Shown here: one piece after another, positions 43,401 to 50,302 of the stretch | Layout of the letters: every line of letters begins with the position of its first letter | How positions within the stretch are numbered: the first letter of the stretch is position 1 | NCBI GenBank assembly: GCA_031412355.1 | Contig: JANOCR010000063.1 | Location: 1 to 63,759 of the forward strand | DNA: 63,759 bases | Direction: 5' to 3' | DNA from: Ilumatobacteraceae bacterium | Lineage (GTDB): Bacteria; Actinomycetota; Acidimicrobiia; Acidimicrobiales; Ilumatobacteraceae | Notes under the pieces: generated by a model | Seen by the model: the letters and a program-made list of their open reading frames with translations, nothing else | What the model was told of the DNA's origin: nothing | Databases searched by the model: none | Position numbers and translations under genes: made by a program

Positions 43401-44104
43401 CTGCAGGCGCGACCAGCGCGACGTTCACGGCGACGACGACAGCGGTGGCGGCCTCGACGGCCGTGACGTTGACGGCGGCCTACAGCGGCGTCAGTCGCAC
43501 TGCCACGCTCACCGTCAACCCGCCGGCCAGTCTGACCGCGTTGGGTCTCGCGCCGTCGAGCCTGGTCGGGGGTGCTTCGTCGACGGGCACCGTCACGTTG
43601 TCGAGCGCCGCCCCGACCGGCGGCCTGGTCGTGACCCTGACCAGCTCCAACGCCGCAGCTGTCGTGCCGGCCAGCGTCACCGTTCCGGCAGCTGCGACGA
43701 CTGCGACCTTCACGACCACCACGAGCACCGTGACCGCGCAGACCGCGGTGACCATCACGGCGGCTGCCAGCGGCGTGAGCCGAACTGCCACACTCACGGT
43801 CAACCCGGCCTCCACCGGGACCCTGGTGGCCCCATCGCTCATCAGCCCATCCGATGATGCCCGCTTCAACGCGGGTCAGACAATAACCTTCGACTGGTCC
43901 GACGTCGCCGGCGCGGCGACGTACATCATCCAGATCGACGACCAGGACACCTTCCCATCGCCGATCGTCAGCCAGAGCGTCACGACCTCGACGTACTCCA
44001 CCAACACGCTCCCGACGACTCGAATGTGGTGGCGCGTACGAGCCGTCGACGCATCCGGCAACCCTGGGGCGTGGTCATCGAGCCGCAGGTTCGAACTGCG
44101 GTAG
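40427..44104 (+). CDS. large secreted repeat protein (5 FN3-like 'A' modules + 7 Ig-like 'B' modules)
   Basis: The signal peptide is MKRSNRFFRKAAASMLVIIVALPAV. The A modules (about 90 aa) follow P.L.SP.NGA...F.W..V.GA..Y.IQI...F......WWRVRA. The B modules (about 95 aa) follow L.LSPS.V.GG.S.TGTVTL..AAP.GG..V.L.S.......PASVTV.AGAT...F.V.T. No LPXTG tail or C-terminal TM segment is present. Confidence 0.8.
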   Translation: MKRSNRFFRKAAASMLVIIVALPAVDGFEGVAVAAPPPAPALVGPANGASVTIPFAISWAQVTGAGGYNWEISLTSDFTSVLERNLSLLVGGATTQDVISGLPNGTYFWRIQGVSPNLEPGAWSSPRSFTVTGAGPGVPGVAVLNPPLNATQFHSWENITFTWSAVPGAVSYILQESIDPTFPVDTRVRQVNIPGPTEVISFNPSIQGNFKARVIAVGPSGLMGTPSNVVDFSVLDSNPFPAAPTLTAPSNGASQQLPVTLSWTHVPNHQELGYQLQIATNSSFTSIEASIGVSENSKIVSALTPGAKFWRVRSQHGYIGSDPAYTAFSATGTFTVLATSLRMGAVIFPSTKFSGGEARGAVELTGNAPAGGATVTLTTDRPDLLPELPSSRVVPEGTSSIGVLIAPTGFPNSLRGMRVGFVTTPTTVTVTATYNGTSVSTTITIVPPKLNDTPLQLFPVKATGGADMLGIVDLEIGCFAGFCDGLAPPGGFVVNLSSSSPAAVVPATMTIPAGAGGDQFPIQTNPVSTDTTVTITAAAGGATANWYITLTPSPAPDSLTLDPIETDNGSRGIARIPLSSMRGHDQLLRLTSSNPAVAAVPEFATVPASTEAAIFFITTSTVTTRTVVTISVTGGGVTRSVDLVVHPSLPALTGFSVSPSSVPGGTSATGTVTLASAAPAGGVSVSLSSNLPGSASVPPTVTVPAGATSASFTVTTFPVDNTTVQLVATLGSTTLFAALGITQASSTTLSSLTLSPSTVVGGSSSTGTVTLSAAAPSGGAVVALSDNSASATVPASVTISAGATSRTFTVTTSTVSITTAVSVSGSYGGATRSATLTINPLAAPTLQSPSNGATGVAQPVAFNWTDVANAVDYEIQIDNTSTISAPFVANQTVNVSQASIGGLPAQQLWWRVRARNAAGVFGPFSSTRRFTPVATTTTPSLSTVAVSPTSVVGGASATGTVTLTAAAPTGGAVVALTSSNTVAAVPASVTVAAGATSATFTATTTAVAASTAVTLTAAYSGVSRTATLTVNPPASLTALGLAPSSLVGGASSTGTVTLSSAAPTGGLVVTLTSSNAAAVVPASVTVPAAATTATFTTTTSTVTAQTAVTITAAASGVSRTATLTVNPASTGTLVAPSLISPSDDARFNAGQTITFDWSDVAGAATYIIQIDDQDTFPSPIVSQSVTTSTYSTNTLPTTRMWWRVRAVDASGNPGAWSSSRRFELR

Positions 44105-44166
44105 CCCCATCGACCTCGTCTGATGCGCCGTGCAAGCCGCGTCGGGAGATATTCCTGGTTACGGTG

Positions 44167-44769
44167 ATGCCAGTGCCGGCCGATGATCCTGGTATGTCGT
44201 CAGCGCAATTCGATCCCTCGAAGTTTGCTGATGTGCTCGACGGAGCCCGCCGTGGGGACTCCCGCGCCGTCGAGCAGCTCTTTCGCGAGCTGCAGCCGCG
44301 TCTACTGCGATTCCTTCAGTCCCAGGAAAGCCGCGCCGCCGACGATCTCGCGGCAGAGGTTTGGCTGACGGTGGCCACCGGGATCTCGCGCTTCGAGGGC
44401 GATTGGTCGGACTTTCGGTCCTGGGTCTTCGCGATCGCCAGGAGACGGCTCGCCGATCTGCGCCGGACCGCCGTACGCCGGCGTACCGATGTCGTCGACG
44501 TCGACGCGTTTGCCCGGCACCAGGCCGGCGACGCTCCCGAGGACGAGGCGCTGGAAAATCTGTCCGGGCAGCAGGCAGCGGCGTTGATCACATCGGTGCT
44601 CAGCGGCGAGCAGGCCGACGTGTTGCTCCTGCGAGTGCTGGCCGATCTCGACGTCGAACAGGTCGCTTCGATCATGCAGCGCTCACCGAACTGGGTGCGG
44701 GTGACTCAACACCGGGCGGTGAGGAGGTTGGCCAAACGCCTCGGACCGAAAGTCGTGGTAATGCGATGA
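44167..44769 (+). CDS. ECF-type RNA polymerase sigma factor
   Basis: Region 2 reads LFRELQPRLLRFL...AADDLAAEVWL..........F.SWVFAIARR. Region 4 reads LSGEQADVLLLRVLADLDVEQVASIM..S.NWVRVTQHRAVRRL. Confidence 0.8.
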   Translation: MPVPADDPGMSSAQFDPSKFADVLDGARRGDSRAVEQLFRELQPRLLRFLQSQESRAADDLAAEVWLTVATGISRFEGDWSDFRSWVFAIARRRLADLRRTAVRRRTDVVDVDAFARHQAGDAPEDEALENLSGQQAAALITSVLSGEQADVLLLRVLADLDVEQVASIMQRSPNWVRVTQHRAVRRLAKRLGPKVVVMR

Positions 44770-45725
44770 GTGGTTGGGACGATCTGTATGACGTGACTCC
44801 GCACATCTCGAGCGACGACGCCGAACGCCTGCTGGCAGGCGCGTCCGGACTCGACATGCCTGACGGGCTCGCCGATCTCACTGCGGTGCTCGGTGCACTT
44901 CGCGGGCCGGCCGAGCCCGCCGAGCTGGCCGGACTGCCGATCGCGCTTGCTTCGTTCGGCACCGCGGTTGGCACAACGTATTCCGATCCCTCGACTGCAA
45001 GGACACGCCCGATGCTCCGCAAGCTCCTCAGCGGCAAGGCAATCGCCACGATAGGGATGGTCACGCTGGTCTCGGCCGGCGCGGCTGCGGCCTCCGGCGG
45101 CGTACTTACGCCATTCTCGTCGTCCAAGCCAAGTGCCGCGACATCGACGGAAGTCGACGACGACAACGAGCAGTCCGACGACACCGTCGCCGTCAACACG
45201 ACGCCCACCACCGACGAGATCACCGAGGCTGCAACGCTGTCCGCTGCCGAAGCCGAAGCCGACGACGCCACCGATGGCACCGACGGTCAGGGGCCGGATG
45301 TCAACGGTCCGGCGAAGTTCGGGTTGTGCACCGCGTACCACGCTCGAACCAAGCACGACACGACCACGACCACTGAAGCCGCCCCCGTCGTTGCAGAGCC
45401 GGTCTCCGAGGACGATGACGGCGACCTGCCCGTGCCGTTCCAGGCGTTGACCGACGCTGCCGAAGCCGCCGGGATGACCGTTACCGAGTTCTGTGTTGAT
45501 GCTGTGCCCGGTGGATCGGACGACGCCCCAGGCAAATCAGGCGACAACCCGTCGGCTACAGCCCCCGGCCAGTCCGACGACAACCCATCAGCCACAGCCC
45601 CCGGCCAGTCCGACGACAACCCATCAGCCACGGCTCCAGGCAAGTCGGAGAACCCCAGTGGGGATCGCAGCAAGCCGGAGAACCCCGGTGGGGATCGCGG
45701 CAAGCCGGAGACCACGCAGCCATGA
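44766..45725 (+). CDS. ECF-sigma-associated membrane protein (putative anti-sigma factor), with acidic Pro/Thr-rich repeat ectodomain
   Basis: The ATG overlaps the sigma stop (ATGA). It has an N-terminal cytoplasmic segment and one TM segment (AIATIGMVTLVSAGAAAA). There is no HxxxCxxC zinc motif, so the anti-sigma call rests on position only. Confidence 0.5.
   Translation: MSGWDDLYDVTPHISSDDAERLLAGASGLDMPDGLADLTAVLGALRGPAEPAELAGLPIALASFGTAVGTTYSDPSTARTRPMLRKLLSGKAIATIGMVTLVSAGAAAASGGVLTPFSSSKPSAATSTEVDDDNEQSDDTVAVNTTPTTDEITEAATLSAAEAEADDATDGTDGQGPDVNGPAKFGLCTAYHARTKHDTTTTTEAAPVVAEPVSEDDDGDLPVPFQALTDAAEAAGMTVTEFCVDAVPGGSDDAPGKSGDNPSATAPGQSDDNPSATAPGQSDDNPSATAPGKSENPSGDRSKPENPGGDRGKPETTQP
45525..45713 (+). 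repeat. in-frame tandem repeats: three 36-bp units then about 2.4 units of 30 bp
   Basis: The 36-bp units are 45525-45560 (diverged), 45561-45596 and 45597-45632; the last two differ at one base and encode APGQSDDNPSAT. The 30-bp units are 45641-45670, 45671-45700 and a partial copy from 45701, encoding K(S/P)ENP(S/G)GDR(S/G). Confidence 0.85.
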
Positions 45726-45805
45726 TCGGGCTCTCAGCTCGCACCACCGCCGATGCACCTGCCCAGGGCGAACCAGCCGATCGTCCCCCGCCGCGTACCT
45801 CACCA

Positions 45806-46039
45806 TCAGCAGACGAGACGCTGAACAAGGTGCTCGTACGCGCCGATTCGACACTGCTGCTCTGGCTGTTCAGATAGTCGAACGCCCAGCACGCTCGTCA
45901 ATCGAAAGTCGCAGCTGAGCTGGCCGTGCGGATAGTCGCGCCGGTCGAGCGACCACTGCGGCGGGTCGAACGGAAACTCCAGCCACTGCGAGCCGTCGAC
46001 GCCCGCTGTGCCGGCCGTGAGGTGCATGTTGGCCAGCAA
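45806..46039 (-). CDS. possible small ORF or gene remnant of unknown function
   Basis: 77 codons from TTG 46039 (ATG at 46030), with high third-position GC in the first two-thirds. The frame is open back to a TAG at 46115-46117. No family recognised, and it sits in an otherwise unexplained 420-bp gap. Confidence 0.25.
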   Translation of the reverse strand: MLANMHLTAGTAGVDGSQWLEFPFDPPQWSLDRRDYPHGQLSCDFRLTSVLGVRLSEQPEQQCRIGAYEHLVQRLVC

Positions 46040-46146
46040 GCCGCCACGATCGGTCGCCGACCGGGCAACGGGTTGGCACAGCTCGGATTCGATGCCATAA
46101 CCGGAACAACTGTACTAGGAATGGTTGGCCTGGCTAGTCTCGGCGG

Positions 46147-47688
46147 GTGACCAACGGCACGGGCAATCGTCGACGTGGGCGTGACACCAGCCCGCGCAGC
46201 ACGCTGCCGCTGCAACGTCCGTGGAAGCAACCTCGCATGCGACTCAACCACACCGAAGTGGTGTCGGCCGACGAGTTGGAATCGATCCACGAGGCATCAC
46301 TGACGATCCTCGAACGGATCGGCATGGACATCTGGGATGGCGAGGCGCGCAGCATGCTGGGCGAGGCCGGCGCCGACGTCGACGAGGCCGCCCAGCACGT
46401 CCGCTTCCCCAAGGAGATGGTCGTCGAACGGATCGCCACGGCTCCGGCGGAGTTCACTTTGCACAGTTGGAACCCGGAGAAGAACCTGCACATCGGCGGC
46501 AACTGGATGGCCAACGGCACCGTGGCCAGCGCACCCAACATCGTCGGCCTCGATGGTGTGCGCCGTACCGGCGACCATGCCGGGTTCTCCGATCTGCTGA
46601 AGCTGGGTCAGATGCTCAACTCGATCCATTTCGTCGCCGGCTACCCGGTCGAGCCGGTCGACATCCATGCCTCGGTGCGGCACCTTCACGCCGCGTTCGA
46701 CGTGTTGACGCTGACCGACAAGCAGATCCACTGCTACAGCCTCGGCCGTCAGAAGAACCGCGACTGCATCGAGATGGTGCGGATCGCACGCGGCATCGAC
46801 GACGCAACGCTCGATCGCGAACCGTCGATCTTCACCGTGATCAACTCCAACTCGCCACTGCGCCTCGACACCCCGATGCTGCACGGGATCATCGAGATGG
46901 CGTCGCGCAATCAGCCCGTCGTGATGACTCCGTTCACGCTCGCCGGGGCCATGGCTCCGATCACCTTGGCCGGCGCGTTGGCCCAACAGAACGCCGAGGC
47001 GCTGGCGGGTATAGCGCTGTGCCAGATCGTGCGACCCGGATCCCCCGTGGTCTATGGCGGGTTCACCTCAAACGTCGACATGCAATCGGGCGCTCCGGCT
47101 TTCGGCACCCCCGAGTACGTGCGCACCGCGATGGTCGGCGGGCAGTTGGCCCGCCGGTACAAGGTGCCGTATCGCAGCAGCAACGTGTGCGCGGCCAACG
47201 CTGTCGATGCGCAGGCCGCCTACGAAAGCGTGTTTGCGCTGTGGGGCTGCGTGATGGGTGGCGTCAACATGATGATGCACGGTGCCGGCTGGATGGAGGG
47301 CGGCTTGCACGCCAGCATGGCCAAGATGGTGCTCGACGCCGACCTGTTGCACATGGTCTCGTCGATGATGGACCCCATCGTCGTCGACGACGACACCCTT
47401 GCCATCGACGCAATCGAAGAGGTCGGCCCCGGCGGGCACTTCTTCGGAGTGGGTCACACGCAGGAGCGCTATCGAACCGCGTTCTACAAACCGATGGTCA
47501 GCGACTGGCGCAACTTCGAGAGCTGGGACGAGGCGGGCAGACCCGAAGCCGCCGGCAAAGCCCACGATCTCGCGGCGGCATTCCTGGCCGCGTACGAACA
47601 ACCCCCAATGGACGCGGCGCGCCTCGAGGAACTGGAAGCCTTCGTCGCCCGCAGGGTCGCCGACGGCGGCGTCGCCACCGACTTCTAA
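46147..47688 (+). CDS. MttB-superfamily methyltransferase, second paralog, non-pyrrolysine type
   Basis: 513 aa from GTG 46147. It shares blocks with the 35960 paralog: PFTLAGAMAPIT, GAPAFGTPE, AGWMEGGL and GPGGHFFG. There is no in-frame TAG. Confidence 0.85.
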   Translation: MTNGTGNRRRGRDTSPRSTLPLQRPWKQPRMRLNHTEVVSADELESIHEASLTILERIGMDIWDGEARSMLGEAGADVDEAAQHVRFPKEMVVERIATAPAEFTLHSWNPEKNLHIGGNWMANGTVASAPNIVGLDGVRRTGDHAGFSDLLKLGQMLNSIHFVAGYPVEPVDIHASVRHLHAAFDVLTLTDKQIHCYSLGRQKNRDCIEMVRIARGIDDATLDREPSIFTVINSNSPLRLDTPMLHGIIEMASRNQPVVMTPFTLAGAMAPITLAGALAQQNAEALAGIALCQIVRPGSPVVYGGFTSNVDMQSGAPAFGTPEYVRTAMVGGQLARRYKVPYRSSNVCAANAVDAQAAYESVFALWGCVMGGVNMMMHGAGWMEGGLHASMAKMVLDADLLHMVSSMMDPIVVDDDTLAIDAIEEVGPGGHFFGVGHTQERYRTAFYKPMVSDWRNFESWDEAGRPEAAGKAHDLAAAFLAAYEQPPMDAARLEELEAFVARRVADGGVATDF

Positions 47689-47711
47689 CGCACCGACTTC
47701 AGGAGCACGAG

Positions 47712-50156
47712 ATGAAAGCGTCAGCACAAGTGGTGGTCGTGGGAGGTGGTGTCGTCGGCGCCAGCGTGCTGTACCACCTGACGAAAGCCGGGTGGACCGA
47801 CGTGGTGCTGTTGGAGCGCAAACAGCTGACCGCGGGATCAACCTGGCACGCCGCTGGCGGCATGCACACGCTGAACGGCGACCCGAACGTCGCCCGTCTG
47901 CAGCAGTACACGGTGAACCTTTACCGCGAGATCGAGGCGGAGTCCGGGCAGCAGTGCAGCATCCACCTGCCCGGAGGGCTGATGCTGGCCGATACTCCCG
48001 AGCGGCTGGATTGGTTGCGCATGGCACAGGCCCGCGGGCGTTACCTGGGCATGCACATGGACATCATCTCGATCGCCGAGGCCAAGAAGCTGAACCCGTT
48101 GTTGGAGGAGAAGTACTTCGTCGGCGCCCTGTTCGACCCCGACGAAGGCAGCGTCGACCCATACGGGGTCACGCACGCCTACGCGATCTGTGCCCGCAAC
48201 CGCGGCGCCGAGGTGTACACCGACACCTGGGTCACCGGCCTGCAGCAACGACCCGACGGCACGTGGGATGTCGTCACCGATCGAGACCACACCATCCACG
48301 CCGAGCACGTTGTCAACGCCGGCGGGTTGTGGGCTCGCGAAGTCGGGCGCATGGTCGGCCTGGAGCTTCCGGTGCTGGCGATGGAGCATCACTACCTGAT
48401 GACCGAGCCGATGCCGGAGGTGATCGCCTACAACGAAGAGAACGGCCGGGAGCTGCCACACATGATCGACTTCGCCGGCGAGATCTACGCGCGGCAAGAA
48501 GGGCAGAGCATCCTGCTGGGCACCTACGAGCAGGACAACCGCCCCTGGTCGCCCAACGAGACACCGTGGGATTTCGTGTTCCAATTGCTGCCGCACGACC
48601 TCGACCGCATCGCCCCCGAGTTGGAACGCGGGTTCGCCCATTTCCCCGCGGTCGGCCGTGCTGGCATCAAGAAGTTCGTCAACGGTCCGTTCACCTTCAG
48701 CCCCGACGGCAACCCGCTGGTGGGGCCGATCAAGGCGATGCGCGGCATGTGGGTAGCTTGCGCCGTGATGGCGGGCCTGTCGCAAGGCGGCGGTGTCGGC
48801 TTGTCGCTGGCGAACTGGATGGTCAACGGCGATCCGCAGGACGACATCTGGGGAATGGACGTTGCTCGCTACGGCGATTGGGCAACGCTCGCGTACACCA
48901 ACGCCAAAGTTCGCGAGAACTACTCGCGCCGCTTTCGCATCACATTCCCCAACGAAGAACTGCCCGCCGGGCGACCGCTGCACACCACACCGATCTACGA
49001 CCGGCTCACCTCGCACAACGCAGTGTGGGGAGCCGGCTTCGGCCTGGAGCATCCGTTGTGGTTCCAAGAACCTGGCAAGCCACCGATCGAGGACGTCACC
49101 TTCCATCGCTCCAATGCCTTCGCGCTGGTTGCCGAAGAATCACGTGCGGTTCGTGAGCGGGTCGGGCTCTCCGAGGCATCGAACTTCGCCAAGTACAAGG
49201 TCAGCGGAGCAGGTGCGGCGCAGTGGTTGCAAGGTTTGTTGACCAACGCATTGCCGAAGGTCGGCCGCACCAACCTGACCGCGATGCTCAACCCACAAGG
49301 TCGGATCGTTGGAGAGTTCTCAGTCTCGCGTGTGGGGCCGGATGAGTTCTTCTTGTTCGGCTCGCAAGCCGCCGAAGTGCATCATCCCCGATGGTTCATC
49401 GATCACTTGCCCCAGGGGAGCCCGATCCGCTTCGAGGTCCTGGCGTTGTCGATGGTCGGACTGACAGTTGCCGGGCCGCTTTCGCGCGACGTGCTCCAGA
49501 AGGTGACCAACACCTCGTTGGCGTCGGCCGACTTCCCGTTCATGTCGTTCCGCAGGGTAGATATCGGCATGGCCAAGGTGTGGCTGTCGCGCATGACGTA
49601 CACCGGCGACCTCGGATACGAGATCTGGATGCAACCCGAAGACCAGCGTTACCTGTTCGACCTGTTGTGGGAGGCCGGCCGCGAGTTCGACATGCGCCTG
49701 TTCGGCTTCCGGGCCCTCATCACCATGCGGCTGGAGAAGAACTTCGGCACGTGGTACCGCGAGTACCGCCCGATCTACACCCCGCTCGAGGCGGGCATGG
49801 ACCGCGTGCTGAAGTTCGATCACGACTTCATCGGGCGCGCCGCGGTCGAAGAAGAGACGGCCGACGGGGGGCCGAAGCGCAAGCTGACGATGTTCGTCGT
49901 CGATCCCGATCCAGACTCCCCTGCCGATGTGATCGGCGACGAGCCGATCTGGCACGGAGAGAACGTCGTGGGCTGGATCACCAGCGGCGGCTATGCCCAC
50001 TACTGCGGGTTGTCGCTTGCCTGGGGCTACATCCCGACCGAACTCGCCGAACCCGGCACCACCGGCTTCGAGATCGAGATCATCGGCAATCGCCGCCCCG
50101 CCCGGCTGCAACTCGAGCCCGCGCTGGACCCTGCTGGCACCCGAATGCGCGCCTGA
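47712..50156 (+). CDS. dimethylglycine/sarcosine dehydrogenase-type enzyme (FAD DAO domain + GcvT folate-binding aminomethyltransferase domain)
   Basis: AGGAG lies 7 nt upstream of ATG 47712. The N-terminus is VVVVGGGVVGASVLYHL, with the STWHAAG motif (the covalent-FAD His region in this family). The C-terminal GcvT-like blocks are YTGDLGYEIW and RLEKNF. Length is 814 aa. The upstream 497 codons of ORF 46221..50156 are an alternate frame of the MttB gene. Confidence 0.85.
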   Translation: MKASAQVVVVGGGVVGASVLYHLTKAGWTDVVLLERKQLTAGSTWHAAGGMHTLNGDPNVARLQQYTVNLYREIEAESGQQCSIHLPGGLMLADTPERLDWLRMAQARGRYLGMHMDIISIAEAKKLNPLLEEKYFVGALFDPDEGSVDPYGVTHAYAICARNRGAEVYTDTWVTGLQQRPDGTWDVVTDRDHTIHAEHVVNAGGLWAREVGRMVGLELPVLAMEHHYLMTEPMPEVIAYNEENGRELPHMIDFAGEIYARQEGQSILLGTYEQDNRPWSPNETPWDFVFQLLPHDLDRIAPELERGFAHFPAVGRAGIKKFVNGPFTFSPDGNPLVGPIKAMRGMWVACAVMAGLSQGGGVGLSLANWMVNGDPQDDIWGMDVARYGDWATLAYTNAKVRENYSRRFRITFPNEELPAGRPLHTTPIYDRLTSHNAVWGAGFGLEHPLWFQEPGKPPIEDVTFHRSNAFALVAEESRAVRERVGLSEASNFAKYKVSGAGAAQWLQGLLTNALPKVGRTNLTAMLNPQGRIVGEFSVSRVGPDEFFLFGSQAAEVHHPRWFIDHLPQGSPIRFEVLALSMVGLTVAGPLSRDVLQKVTNTSLASADFPFMSFRRVDIGMAKVWLSRMTYTGDLGYEIWMQPEDQRYLFDLLWEAGREFDMRLFGFRALITMRLEKNFGTWYREYRPIYTPLEAGMDRVLKFDHDFIGRAAVEEETADGGPKRKLTMFVVDPDPDSPADVIGDEPIWHGENVVGWITSGGYAHYCGLSLAWGYIPTELAEPGTTGFEIEIIGNRRPARLQLEPALDPAGTRMRA

Positions 50157-50200
50157 CATCGTCAGCGCGGGCTGTATCGCTGCAGCGTTTGATGACTCCG

Positions 50201-50215
50201 GCCCCGTTACGGGGC
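50201..50215 (+). terminator. short GC hairpin downstream of the dehydrogenase gene (weak terminator candidate)
   Basis: GCCCCG-TTA-CGGGGC, 45 nt after the stop. There is no U-tract. Confidence 0.3.
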
Positions 50216-50302
50216 GCCAGTCGTCAGACGCAACGACACGGCGGCGATGTTCGAAATCCGAGCTAGGGTCGGATCGGGCTGTGTAGAGGGACAGGAGATT
50301 CA

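Noticed and set aside
43240-43815. Diversity-generating retroelement or template/variable repeat pair, suggested by the two similar B modules
   Set aside because: No reverse transcriptase or accessory gene is in the window. The differences between the copies are spread over all base types and include whole-codon replacements, which fits ordinary tandem domain duplication.
44088-44096. tRNA T-arm-like string GGTTCGAAC
   Set aside because: It lies inside the giant protein's coding sequence. No acceptor, D-arm or anticodon stems can be drawn around it. I found no tRNA or rRNA genes anywhere in the window.
45950-46146. Cobalamin riboswitch upstream of the second MttB gene (a GCCACTG-like string at about 45983); I also looked at 31122..31279
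   Set aside because: There is only a 7-nt partial match. The flanking conserved B12-element segments (a GGTG..AA.CC stem and a CCCGC context) are not present, and the region looks coding on the opposite strand. A covariance-model scan would be decisive.
46221-47711. The N-terminal 497 codons of the 1311-aa ORF 46221..50156, which would make a giant fusion protein
   Set aside because: This part is an alternate frame of the MttB paralog and is Arg/Gly-rich. The dehydrogenase has its own ATG at 47712 with AGGAG upstream and a canonical GGGVVG N-terminus.
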